DNA of 64,000 nt, taken from contig CAVOHZ010000010.1 in the NCBI GenBank assembly GCA_963695855.1, positions 1,088,001 through 1,152,000 on the forward strand, read 5' to 3'. This DNA is from an uncultured Nitrososphaerales archaeon. Lineage in GTDB: Archaea; Thermoproteota; Nitrososphaeria; Nitrososphaerales; Nitrososphaeraceae. Position 1 is the first letter of the stretch. Every line of letters starts with the position of its first letter. The notes under the pieces were generated by a model. The model had not been told where the DNA came from and made no database searches. It worked only from the letters and a program-made list of their open reading frames with translations. Shown here piece after piece: positions 11,206-20,840 of this stretch. A program made the translations under genes and the position numbers.

Positions 11206-12015
11206 TCATTTCTGGTTACTTGTCTTATTTTGATCGAGATGAAGACCACATTCTTTCTGGTCTGGCTGTTCCCACCACCAGCGACCTGACCTAATATCTT
11301 CTCCAGGCGATATTGCTCTTGTACATGGTTCACATCCAATGCTTGGATACCCCTTATCATGCAATTTGTTGTATGGAACATTATTTTCTTTTATATATGT
11401 CCAAACCATTTTTTCTGTCCAATCTGCAAGGGGATTAATTTTTAGTATATTATTATGAGCGGTATCGATTTCAACCTTTTCTATATCCGATCTTGTGACA
11501 GATTGTTCTCTTCGTAAACCAGTTATCCATCCATCCAGAGATCTCAATGCTCTGTTTAATGGATTAACTTTCCTAATTCCACAACAAAGTTTTCTATTTT
11601 CAATGCTTTCATACATCAGATTAAAACCCTTGGTACGAACCATCTCTTCTACTTCAAATGAATCTGGAAAATATGTATCAATAGTAATATCATATTTTTT
11701 GGATATTTCATCCATTAAATCATACGTTTCTTGATTAAGTCTCCCGGTATCCAGAGTAAAAATTTTAGTTTTATCTTTATTGATTTTGACCATCATGTCT
11801 ATTAATATAACGTCTTCCATACCAAAACTTGAAGCCAGAGCAATTTTCGTTCCGTAATTATCAAAAGACCACTTTAATATCTCTTGGGCAGATTTGCTTT
11901 CAAAGTTGGATGCGAGATTTTTTATATTCGATGAATCAATAGAGTGCTCCATGTTTTGAGCCAAGCTTGAATTGTTGGAATTTTCAATGGATGATCCATA
12001 ACCTGATTCAGACAT
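11206..12015 (-). CDS. cysH: Adenylylsulfate/phosphoadenylylsulfate reductase, 4Fe-4S APS-reductase type
   Basis: SSFG, LDTG, CCGIRKV, WITGLRREQS, YPSIGCEPCT, RSGRW, ECGLH; ATG at 12015 preferred to TTG at 12063. Confidence 0.95.
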   Translation of the reverse strand: MSESGYGSSIENSNNSSLAQNMEHSIDSSNIKNLASNFESKSAQEILKWSFDNYGTKIALASSFGMEDVILIDMMVKINKDKTKIFTLDTGRLNQETYDLMDEISKKYDITIDTYFPDSFEVEEMVRTKGFNLMYESIENRKLCCGIRKVNPLNRALRSLDGWITGLRREQSVTRSDIEKVEIDTAHNNILKINPLADWTEKMVWTYIKENNVPYNKLHDKGYPSIGCEPCTRAISPGEDIRSGRWWWEQPDQKECGLHLDQNKTSNQK

Positions 12016-12235
12016 TATAAATAGTAAAGATATCTTCTTAACTCTATATTTATTTATTTTCAAACCATGTATATTGCCCAGTTTTTACCTTAAATTATCA
12101 ACATTGATCTGATCTGATTTAATTTGATTAATTATCCACTCATCATCATAATTTTTGCCAAAATGAGAAAAATTTGATATCTGAGATCTTTTAAAATCTA
12201 CGTAATGATACATAATTGAGAGATGAAACTACAAT

Positions 12236-12267
12236 ATATGTTCCCAATTGATTTTCTGGGAACATAT
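12236..12267. promoter_or_regulatory. Perfect 11-bp inverted repeat, candidate operator
   Basis: ATATGTTCCCA-N10-TGGGAACATAT between divergent cysH-sat and the SelD-like gene. Confidence 0.5.
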
Positions 12268-12521
12268 TATATCTGGGAGAAGACGCCAAATAATGAGCGA
12301 TTGTCAGATTTATTGTGTATAATATTCATAATTGTAAAATCATATTATTTGATGATCTAACTAAATAATTTTGAATAAAGAAATAGAGACACGTAGAATG
12401 GTTCGTGGAATAGCTTTAAGTCAGTATTTTACAACTTTCTTTTCTGTAGATTTGGAATAAAAAGAGGATAATGGATGCTTAAGATATCTATATTTTAAAT
12501 ATCATTATATTAAACCATATA

Positions 12522-13964
12522 TTGGTTATCTTGAATCAAGATTTTTGGCATAATATATTTAGATATAAAGAATATGGTTTTGAACCTCTTAATTGGATTG
12601 CTAATTTTTCTAATGAAATTGATCAGGACGTATTTGAAAATTCTATAAATAGGATTAAAGGTACAAACGCGAAATTTACACCAGATTGGATTGACTATTT
12701 CATTAAATATGAAGGAAAAGTACCTGAATTAACAAGGAGATTTTATGATTTCATAGATCCAGAAGGTTCACAAAGCGAAACTGGAATTAAAAAAGCATTA
12801 ACAATCATTTGTATGAATAGTGACATTAGCGAAGATGCAGAAAAAAGATTCAGTCTGTTGTATAATTTTATTAGTGGTTTTAAATCTAAATTTAATACAA
12901 AAAAAGTAGCAGTATTAAACACTTCATCAAAAAAACAGTTTGCATTATTGGATTTTATAGAAACAAGAAGAGGAAATAAAATTGGATACATACTCGCAAA
13001 TAATTATGTCACACAAGTTACTGATGTTATGGATATACCTGAATCAGAAATTCATACTCAGATTACAGTATCAGGTGCCATGGAAAATTTAAACCTTCTA
13101 GGGTGTACATCGGAATTTAGAATATTTCCGATTTATGATGGACCTACAGAAGAGATTCTAGATATTACAAGAAAGAATTTTGATTTATTTACACTCTCAA
13201 ACAATATCTACATGGAGGATTATCCTTCTTTGAAAATAGGAAATCTCTTTTTTGGTGCAACATCTACTGCAACTACATTCAAAGAATTACCCTTGAGATA
13301 TGATGATACAGAAGAAGGAATGAATTTAATAATTACAGACAAATTCGGGTCGATAATACCACTCAATTTATTCTTATTAACACAGATCAATGAAGAAAAT
13401 ATTTCATTGTTTGAAAAGAATGGGGTTTCTTATGAGACCTTGAAACACACTAAGGATATGATTTTCAAAAACATGGTTCACCCCAGATTTGAGCTGGGAA
13501 GGATTATTAACAAATATTGTCCAGATTTTGGAGGAAAATACGATAAGTCTCAACATATTACTGCAGTGTTTCCGATTCTGACAAAAGGATTATTGGCTAT
13601 AAAACTTCTATCTCAATATACAGATAGCGAGATAAAGATACAGAAGATTCCGATAAAATATCATGATATCGCTTGCTATGCAGTAAAAGAATATTTTTTG
13701 CAAAATCCAACCTCTTCTGTTAATGGTTGTCATGCAATAATAGCAAGCAGAGAGTTGACAGATTCGATAATTCAAGATTTAAAAAAGATAAATCTCGAAC
13801 CAGAGGTTATAGGAAGTATTGGTCGGAAGGGAAAGTCCTTCCTTGATATAAGAGACATCAATTTTGATAAATATTTTCTGCCTAGATCAAAAATGCACAA
13901 AAAGTTAAGAACCTTTAGACCAAAGGAACCAAACAAAAACATGATGGAGACCAAAAGAAATTAA
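12522..13964 (+). CDS. SelD-related (PurM/AIR-synthase fold) protein, divergent
   Basis: N-terminus FW..YKEYGFEPLNWI, MENLNLLG, PIYDGP, LFFGATS, ITDKFG, NPTSSVNG resemble archaeal SelD-like proteins. Confidence 0.65.
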   Translation: MVILNQDFWHNIFRYKEYGFEPLNWIANFSNEIDQDVFENSINRIKGTNAKFTPDWIDYFIKYEGKVPELTRRFYDFIDPEGSQSETGIKKALTIICMNSDISEDAEKRFSLLYNFISGFKSKFNTKKVAVLNTSSKKQFALLDFIETRRGNKIGYILANNYVTQVTDVMDIPESEIHTQITVSGAMENLNLLGCTSEFRIFPIYDGPTEEILDITRKNFDLFTLSNNIYMEDYPSLKIGNLFFGATSTATTFKELPLRYDDTEEGMNLIITDKFGSIIPLNLFLLTQINEENISLFEKNGVSYETLKHTKDMIFKNMVHPRFELGRIINKYCPDFGGKYDKSQHITAVFPILTKGLLAIKLLSQYTDSEIKIQKIPIKYHDIACYAVKEYFLQNPTSSVNGCHAIIASRELTDSIIQDLKKINLEPEVIGSIGRKGKSFLDIRDINFDKYFLPRSKMHKKLRTFRPKEPNKNMMETKRN

Positions 13965-13971
13965 ACTAAAT

Positions 13972-14000
13972 TAGGTAGGATCTTCTTACTAACCTGCCTA
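13972..14000. terminator. Hairpin between convergent genes
   Basis: TAGGTAGG-N13-CCTGCCTA followed by a T-rich tract. Confidence 0.4.
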
Positions 14001-14031
14001 TTTGTTTTCTGGTATAAAATTAGATATATTT

Positions 14032-14874
14032 TCAATATCTAGATTTACGTCCGGATTTATCCCTAAAAAATTTGCCAAACTCGGGCATTACAGACAATTG
14101 TTTTTCATTAAATATTGTTCCGTCGGTACATACAAGTTTATTACCAATGCAACAGCTGGCACATATTCCTATCCCGCATTTCATATATCTCTCAAGACTG
14201 GCCTGAAAGCGAATGGAATAATCCAAGGATATGGTAAAAATATTTTTCATCATCATCTCAGGACCACAAGTATATAAAAAATCAAATTTTTCTTTATTTA
14301 TTATATATTTTATAGCATCAATAACCTTTCCCTTTATTCCAAAAGTGCCGTCTTCAGTGGTTACAATTATTGTATTGCTTGTTTTTGATACTAGTTGTTT
14401 TGCCAAATTGTAAAAAAGGATTTCATTTTTTGTTTTTGCCCCAATTATTAAAGTATATTTTATTTTACAATTGGTTAAAAAATTAGCGAATCGCATTAAT
14501 GGAACTAAACCCGTTCCACCACCTGCCAACATTACGTTTTGAGCATTTTTGTTTATACCAAACGAGTTTCCATACGGACCTCTAATCCCTATCACATCAT
14601 TCAGTTTCTTCTTAAATAATGCAGTTGAACCTATACCATGTTTTCTAATGGTGATTCCTGCATAACCTAATTTCTTTGAAAACATTACACTCATCGGCAG
14701 TTCTTCGATTCTAGGAATCCATACCATCAAGAATTGTCCAGGTTTAGCATTATACGAAAGAGTGTCTTTGAATATCAGGGTTTTAATCGATGGTGTTTCT
14801 TCAATTACTTGCTCTATTACTACGGTACGAATATTATCAATATCTATGTGCAATTCCAATAATCTCCCTGACAC
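14032..14874 (-). CDS. pyrK: Dihydroorotate dehydrogenase electron transfer subunit
   Basis: PGQFLMVW, RGPYGN, GGGTG, CGPEMM, ERYMKCGIGICASC..C (2Fe-2S); adjacent to pyrD. Confidence 0.95.
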   Translation of the reverse strand: MSGRLLELHIDIDNIRTVVIEQVIEETPSIKTLIFKDTLSYNAKPGQFLMVWIPRIEELPMSVMFSKKLGYAGITIRKHGIGSTALFKKKLNDVIGIRGPYGNSFGINKNAQNVMLAGGGTGLVPLMRFANFLTNCKIKYTLIIGAKTKNEILFYNLAKQLVSKTSNTIIVTTEDGTFGIKGKVIDAIKYIINKEKFDFLYTCGPEMMMKNIFTISLDYSIRFQASLERYMKCGIGICASCCIGNKLVCTDGTIFNEKQLSVMPEFGKFFRDKSGRKSRY

Positions 14875-15787
14875 TTTTGTAGCCTTTTTTATTCAAATAT
14901 CCACTAATTCCTTTAATTATTTTATTAATAACACCTAAACCATGATAACCAATAACTGAACCTAACTCTACCGTCGTCGCCCCCGCCAGCATGTATTCTA
15001 TTACGTCTTCCCAATTCATGATGCCACCACAGCCAATCACTGGAATCCTTACTTTTTTCGAGATCTCATAAACACATCTGACACCGATAGGCTTTATAGA
15101 GCTCCCAGAAAGGCCTCCAATTTTATTACTGAGGATAGGCATCCCAGTCTCAGTATTTATTGCCATTGCCCTTATGGTATTTATTGCAGTAATAGCGTCT
15201 GCCCCAGATTCTTCTATTATATCCGCAAGCTTTACTACGTCCAAATTACCTATTCCAACTTTGATAATTACTGGTTTTTTGGTATTTGTTTTAATAGTTT
15301 TAATAATTTTAGTTACCAAAGTAGGATCATCGCCAACCTCCATTCCCATTTTGGCTACGTGAGGACATGATAGATTTATTTCGTATCCAAGAATATTGAG
15401 TTTATCGAACTTTTTAATCAAATATGGGAATTCTGTTGCACTTGAACCCACCAGACTTACAAGTAATGGAACAGTATTATTTGAGATTTCTTCCGAAAAT
15501 GCATCTGCTCCTGGATTTGATAGGCCAATCGCATTTAAATAACTCTTCTGGTTAATTGAAACTATTGTAGGGCCTTTATATCCCTCCATAGGATCAACAC
15601 TTATAGATTTACTAACGATAGCTCCAAAACCTGATTTATATAATCTATTGAAAATTTCTTGAGAGATTCCTAAAAAACCAGATGCTAATAGCAAAGGATT
15701 TCTGAAATGTATTCCTGCAATATCTGTAGACAAATCATTCGAATCAGAACTCTTTTTAAGATTAGTCAGAGTTGGTTGATATTTCAA
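14837..15787 (-). CDS. pyrD: Dihydroorotate dehydrogenase (family 1B) catalytic subunit
   Basis: NPLLLASG, NAIGLSNPG, EINLSCPH, INT, GGLSG, IGCGGI. Confidence 0.96.
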   Translation of the reverse strand: MKYQPTLTNLKKSSDSNDLSTDIAGIHFRNPLLLASGFLGISQEIFNRLYKSGFGAIVSKSISVDPMEGYKGPTIVSINQKSYLNAIGLSNPGADAFSEEISNNTVPLLVSLVGSSATEFPYLIKKFDKLNILGYEINLSCPHVAKMGMEVGDDPTLVTKIIKTIKTNTKKPVIIKVGIGNLDVVKLADIIEESGADAITAINTIRAMAINTETGMPILSNKIGGLSGSSIKPIGVRCVYEISKKVRIPVIGCGGIMNWEDVIEYMLAGATTVELGSVIGYHGLGVINKIIKGISGYLNKKGYKSVREIIGIAHRY

Positions 15788-16175
15788 TAGTATTAGATTA
15801 GAATATTTAAATATCTTCTTAATAGTTGTTCGTTTTCAAATTTTGTTTAAAAATCTTAAAAGTAAAATTAAATTACTATTTCATCATATTTATGCATTAT
15901 AAAATAGATGAATGAATATAATGCAATGTAATTTAATAAGGTGGATTTATATTTTGACAAATCGATTTCAAAAAAATATTATGATCCTCTAATAATAACA
16001 AATATATAATATGTTACTCTATTTATAGTCTATTATAATTTATATAATTCGATAAATTTGGAAGATCCTATGATATAAAATATTGTTCATAATTGCGGTA
16101 AACGATTAATTACATTATCTGGACCTTTACAAGTCGATAACATTTATTATTATTTACTTATATCAATGAAGATGG

Positions 16176-16991
16176 ATGTCACGGCTATTTGATCCTCATA
16201 TTCATATGTATTCAAGAACTACCGATGATTATGAAATTATGTCCAAGGCAGGAATTGAGGTTATCGTTCAGCCTTCTTTTTGGTTGGGAAGTCCTAGAAC
16301 ATCTGTTGGTACCTTTATTGATTATTGGGAACATATGATATCTTTTGAAACTGCTAGGGCAAAACAATTTGGGATAGAGCATTTTGTTTGTATTTCTGTT
16401 AATCCGAAAGAGGCTATACATAGACCTCTCGCATCAGATGCATTAAAAGAAATGAAGAAATTTTTGAACAGGGAAAGGGTTGTAGCTATAGGAGAAATTG
16501 GATATAATCTAATTAATGAATTTGAAGAAGAAATTTTTATTAAACAACTTGAACTGGCATCTTCAAAACATATGCTTGCCATGATTCATTTGCCACATGA
16601 GAACAAGAAAAAAGGTATGGAGAGAATGGAAAAGATAACAGAGACCAAAATTAATAATGGTCAATATAATCGAGATCAGATTTTGATAGATCATAATACG
16701 GAGGAGACTATTGCAAAGACACTTGAATTGGGTTTTTGGGCAGGTTTAACTGTCTATCCCATTACTAAATTAAATCCAAAAAGAGCAATGGATATCATAA
16801 GGAAATATGGTTCTGAACGTATCATGGTAAATAGTGCTGCCGATTGGGGAATTTCGGATCCCTTAAGCGTTCCTCTAGTAGCCAGAGAGATGAAAAAAGA
16901 AGGATTCAACTCTAAAGATATAGAAAATGTTACTTTTTATAATGCGTTCAATTTTTACAAACAATCTGATAAATTTACTTGGAAACCATAA
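16176..16991 (+). CDS. TatD-family metal-dependent hydrolase (EboB-like)
   Basis: DPHIH..SRTTDDY, AIGEIG, IHLPH, IDHN, NSAADWGISDP. Confidence 0.88.
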   Translation: MSRLFDPHIHMYSRTTDDYEIMSKAGIEVIVQPSFWLGSPRTSVGTFIDYWEHMISFETARAKQFGIEHFVCISVNPKEAIHRPLASDALKEMKKFLNRERVVAIGEIGYNLINEFEEEIFIKQLELASSKHMLAMIHLPHENKKKGMERMEKITETKINNGQYNRDQILIDHNTEETIAKTLELGFWAGLTVYPITKLNPKRAMDIIRKYGSERIMVNSAADWGISDPLSVPLVAREMKKEGFNSKDIENVTFYNAFNFYKQSDKFTWKP

Positions 16992-17039
16992 TTTGTTTGA
17001 AAAGATATTGCCCTAGATTTACCGGCTGGAGATAAATTT

Positions 17040-17876
17040 ATGAAATTAGCTTTTAGTACTAATGCTTTTAAAAAATATTCACTTGATTTTGCAATAAAAG
17101 AAATATCAAAGATAGGATACGAAGGAGTGGAAATATTGTGTGATAGCCCTCATGCGTATCCCCCGGACTTTGCAGATAATAAAATAAATGAAACGCGAAA
17201 ATTGATTTCCGATCTTGGTTTAGGAATTTCTAACCTGAATGCATTTACCATGTACTCCATCGGCGATGTCTATCACCCCTCCTGGATCGAATCCAGTAAT
17301 GAGTTAAGAAAGTCAAGGATCAGTCACACCATAAATTGCATAAATCTAGCAGAGAAATTAGGTGCAAAAAATTTGTCTACGGAGCCAGGAGGACCATTCA
17401 ATTATCAAAAACCAAATGAAGACAGAGATAAACTTTTAAAGATATTTGTAAAGGGCTTGCTAGATGTATCAAAAATTGCGGAAAAAAAAGATATAAAGAT
17501 TCTAGTAGAACCGGAACCATCGTTACTGATTGAGAATTCCACCCAATTTTTAGAATTAATGCGATTGGTAGATTCAGACTACATTAGACTGAATTTTGAT
17601 ATTGGTCATTTTTATTGTGTAGCAGAAGATCCTGTTGCAATTATTAATAAGCTCGTAGATTATACAGAACATTTTCATTTTGCAGATATAGCAAGAAATA
17701 GGGTGCATTACCATTTGAAACCTGGCGATGGTTCTATAGATTTTGTTAAAGTTGTTGAGGCCATAGAAAAAACAGGATATAACGATTTTGTTACCGTTGA
17801 ATTATATCCATATCAAGATAACCCAGTTGAAGTTGCAAAGACTGCGTATGAATATTTGACAACAATTATTCGCTAA
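17040..17876 (+). CDS. Sugar phosphate isomerase/epimerase (xylose-isomerase-like TIM barrel)
   Basis: GYEGVE, EPEP, NFDIGH, HFHFAD, HLKPGDGSID, VELY. Confidence 0.88.
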   Translation: MKLAFSTNAFKKYSLDFAIKEISKIGYEGVEILCDSPHAYPPDFADNKINETRKLISDLGLGISNLNAFTMYSIGDVYHPSWIESSNELRKSRISHTINCINLAEKLGAKNLSTEPGGPFNYQKPNEDRDKLLKIFVKGLLDVSKIAEKKDIKILVEPEPSLLIENSTQFLELMRLVDSDYIRLNFDIGHFYCVAEDPVAIINKLVDYTEHFHFADIARNRVHYHLKPGDGSIDFVKVVEAIEKTGYNDFVTVELYPYQDNPVEVAKTAYEYLTTIIR

Positions 17877-18210
17877 TTCTTCCGAGAAAGTATCATAGTT
17901 TTACTAAATGATTTCAAAAAATAAATTATTTTTATTTTCATCAAATCTTTCTTTTGATTCTAACAGTTTATTGATTGGTTAATTGATTTTTATAATTTCC
18001 CAGAATTCAAAGTAATTGAGAAGCAAGAATGTCGTTAAAAATCAGATGCTTAAAAATCAATAGTTTCTTTTTTTAATAGTAACTAAAAATTAAGACCGTC
18101 CACATGACAATATCATTAGATCATTACAGAATATGACGATTATTTGATTATAATTCAAGTATTTATGGCCAGTAATTCTTATATGGTACGGTCATGTACG
18201 GAATTTTATT

Positions 18211-18606
18211 ATGCCAAAGCCTGGCTTCAAATCGATTACTGTGAGCGAAAATGTTTACAACAAATTCTTCAAGGTATATGAAAAAAGAAAGAATGATTTA
18301 GAATTAAAAGGAATAACAAGCTTTTCGGGATATCTTACAAGTATGATGGAAGAAACTATGATAAAACAGGAGGCTTTTGCAAAACAGGCTCCATTCATGG
18401 AAAAAATATCTATTGATATTGATCGTGTATTACTTAAAGACAATAAAAAAAATAGAATAGTAGAAGTGATCTTGAAAAATGGTGAATTGAGATGCTTGGT
18501 AGACGAAAAGACCGATTGTATTCACATTGGTTTTGTTTATTCTTTACCTGAGGTATATATGATAATGAATAACAAGGGAATAAGAATCCCTAAACCTTTA
18601 CGCTAG
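18211..18606 (+). CDS. Hypothetical protein with N-terminal ribbon-helix-helix-like region
   Basis: MPKPGFKSITVSENVY..SFSGYLTSMM; C-terminal C..C.H. Confidence 0.7.
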   Translation: MPKPGFKSITVSENVYNKFFKVYEKRKNDLELKGITSFSGYLTSMMEETMIKQEAFAKQAPFMEKISIDIDRVLLKDNKKNRIVEVILKNGELRCLVDEKTDCIHIGFVYSLPEVYMIMNNKGIRIPKPLR

Positions 18607-18729
18607 TTAACCTCAAGATATTGAAATCTGATCAAAATATTTAAATCGATTTAAATAATATGAATTTATTTCAATAAATATCCTAGTAGGGATTATTGTA
18701 AGAAGGAACTTTTATTGGGTACTGTTAGC

Positions 18730-19046
18730 ATGGAAGAATCCTCAACAAATCAAAAAGTAAAGAATTCAAAATTTGGAACAATATATTAAAAATGTTATGG
18801 TCATGAAAAAAAATACAGCAGAGGAATACCAATTTCGATTAACTAATTTTGAAAAATTTCTTTTATCGTATTACAAAACTAATCTAGATGGGATTGTTCT
18901 AAATAAGATCTTTAAGTAACCATAAAAAAGAAAAACTTGATCCGTACAAGGTCCTTGGATATTACTGTGTATTTTTACAGGAGACTGAAATCGATGCTAG
19001 TACTCTTAAGAATCGTGTGGTAACTGCAAAGAATTTTCTTGAATGA
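18730..19046 (+). pseudogene. Tyrosine integrase N-terminal (SAM-like) fragment
   Basis: Frameshifted pieces KNTAEEYQFRLTNFEKF...DPYKVLGYYCVFL..STLKNRVVTAKNFLE*; no catalytic domain follows. Confidence 0.65.
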
Positions 19047-19602
19047 AGAAGAGACAAGGGAAACAATGCAATTTTACAATAATATGTTGATCGACTTTCA
19101 GAAAAATGTAGTATTATCTCAATCACCTAGAGAGATAGCGTATAGGAAATCCATAACGTTACTTGAAGAGATCAAGAATATTGGAGGAATAACCCTATAT
19201 GACTTATTTACACGTGTATGTCAGGGAAACGAATTACTATCAAAATATTTTGGATATGATGAAAATAAAGGATCATTAAAGGTCAGAGATAACATGAAAG
19301 TATCTAATGTATATTATATGTTATTGAATAGCTCAAAGATTAAAAAAATACAAGATAAACCAGTTGTCTTGCAATGACTATGTGGTACATGTGATCCATG
19401 TGATACCCCTAGAGAAGAAGAAATAATTCAAGAATTCACAGAAATAGACAATAATGAAAATAATTTACAATCTGAAACAGGATCACATACATCACATACA
19501 GAAGTACAAGAAGAAGAGAGTGTACCTATACAATTCGGCAAAGGTCCTATACAATTTGGACCAGATAAAGAGAAGAAGAAAAATGCAGGAGCAGAAAAAT
19601 AA
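19039..19602 (+). pseudogene. C-terminal remnant of a putative MGE replication (primase/helicase-type) gene
   Basis: ORF fragment fused to the integrase remnant; internal TGA at 19375 followed by LCGTCDPCDT and later GSHTSHT. Confidence 0.45.
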
Positions 19603-19662
19603 TAGTTATGAATATTTATAATAAGGATGAGATAGACTGTCTAGAGAAATTAAGGAAAGAGG

Positions 19663-19866
19663 TTGAATGTGGCGGAGATGAAGAACTCATTGTACTTTAA
19701 GAAGTGCGATAATTGCAGTTTAAGATGGGATATCAATAACCTGTATTATATTAATGTGGATAATACGGTACTGTTCTGTTCTATCTGTACAAACAACCAC
19801 TATAGCGAACTGGATAGGAGGAGACGTAGCGACTTGTATACAAGGAGGACGTACGAACAGGATTGA
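19663..19866 (+). CDS. Small CxxC...CxxC zinc-finger protein (possibly truncated)
   Basis: CDNC and CSIC pairs within the element remnant. Confidence 0.45.
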   Translation: MNVAEMKNSLYFKKCDNCSLRWDINNLYYINVDNTVLFCSICTNNHYSELDRRRRSDLYTRRTYEQD

Positions 19867-20025
19867 CAGTTTCAAGTGACAGTGTTATGATGGCACTAAT
19901 CTTTGGAGGTGTAGTTATTATATTAATAGCCGTAGCGAGGATGTGGATGAGTCTGAAAGAGTCGAAGGGGAAAACCAGGGAATGACTCTCGATATTAAAG
20001 AAATAAAGAAAAAAAGATTGTGGGA

Positions 20026-20262
20026 TTATTTTCTAAGGACGTCGACCTGGCCGTTATGCAGCCAATCTTTTAATTCTTCATGTGATGGTTTTGCGTCATG
20101 TTTTCCTGCAAGATGTAGATGTAATAAAACATAATTCACTTGATTTAATAATGGTTTATTACTCTCGTCTCCTTTTCTGGCTTTTTGTTTTAAGTCTGAG
20201 GGCACATTATTCCACCAGTCATTAAAACTTCTCTTTCCTGTAGTACTAGGTACTAAATCCAA
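20026..20262 (-). CDS. Small hypothetical protein
   Basis: Intact 78 aa ORF with natural composition (FNDWW..LLNQVNYVLLHLHLAGKH..WLH) and an upstream AT-rich TATA-like region. Confidence 0.65.
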   Translation of the reverse strand: MDLVPSTTGKRSFNDWWNNVPSDLKQKARKGDESNKPLLNQVNYVLLHLHLAGKHDAKPSHEELKDWLHNGQVDVLRK

Positions 20263-20377
20263 AACCTGTTGGGTATGCCTTATTATTTTATCAATTCTAT
20301 ATTTAGAAGAAGTGGAATATAAACAAACATGAGAATAAATACTAAAAGTTCCTATTTATTAGGTGAATAGGTAGTAA

Positions 20378-20830
20378 ATGGGAAATTTCACAGCAAAGGA
20401 AAATAAAATTCTTTTAGCATTGGTTTCTGACCGCATACACTACGGGTTTAGTGAATCCGAGGCCTTAGCATGTATCAGGGCTAGATTAGGGAGAGAAATA
20501 TCACCATAGGCATACTATAACCGCAAGAAACAGGTAGACTCTGACAAATATGCAAAATAATGGCTAAACTATTTTACCCGTATCGGTTTTGTTGTAAAGT
20601 ATAAACAGATAATTGAGATTGTAGAACTATGAAAGATATTTTAAGAGATTGTTTGATTGAACAGTCAAAACCTTATGCACAGAGGAATATAGAACTAATC
20701 CAACCATTACGTTTGGAGATAATGGAAGGATGCAAGATATTGCAGGACTTGAGTTTAGGTACCCCAATTATTGCATAGAGTAAAGCAAAGATAGACAATG
20801 TTGAAATGCCTCAGCCAAGCCAGATAATAT
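20378..20830 (+). pseudogene. Pseudogene upstream of the terminase, possibly a small-terminase-like HTH protein
   Basis: MGNFTAKENKILLALV..GFSESEALACIRARLGREISP*AYYNRKK; in-frame stops at 20507 and 20558 plus a later frameshift. Confidence 0.5.
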
Positions 20831-20840
20831 CTTATCTTTA

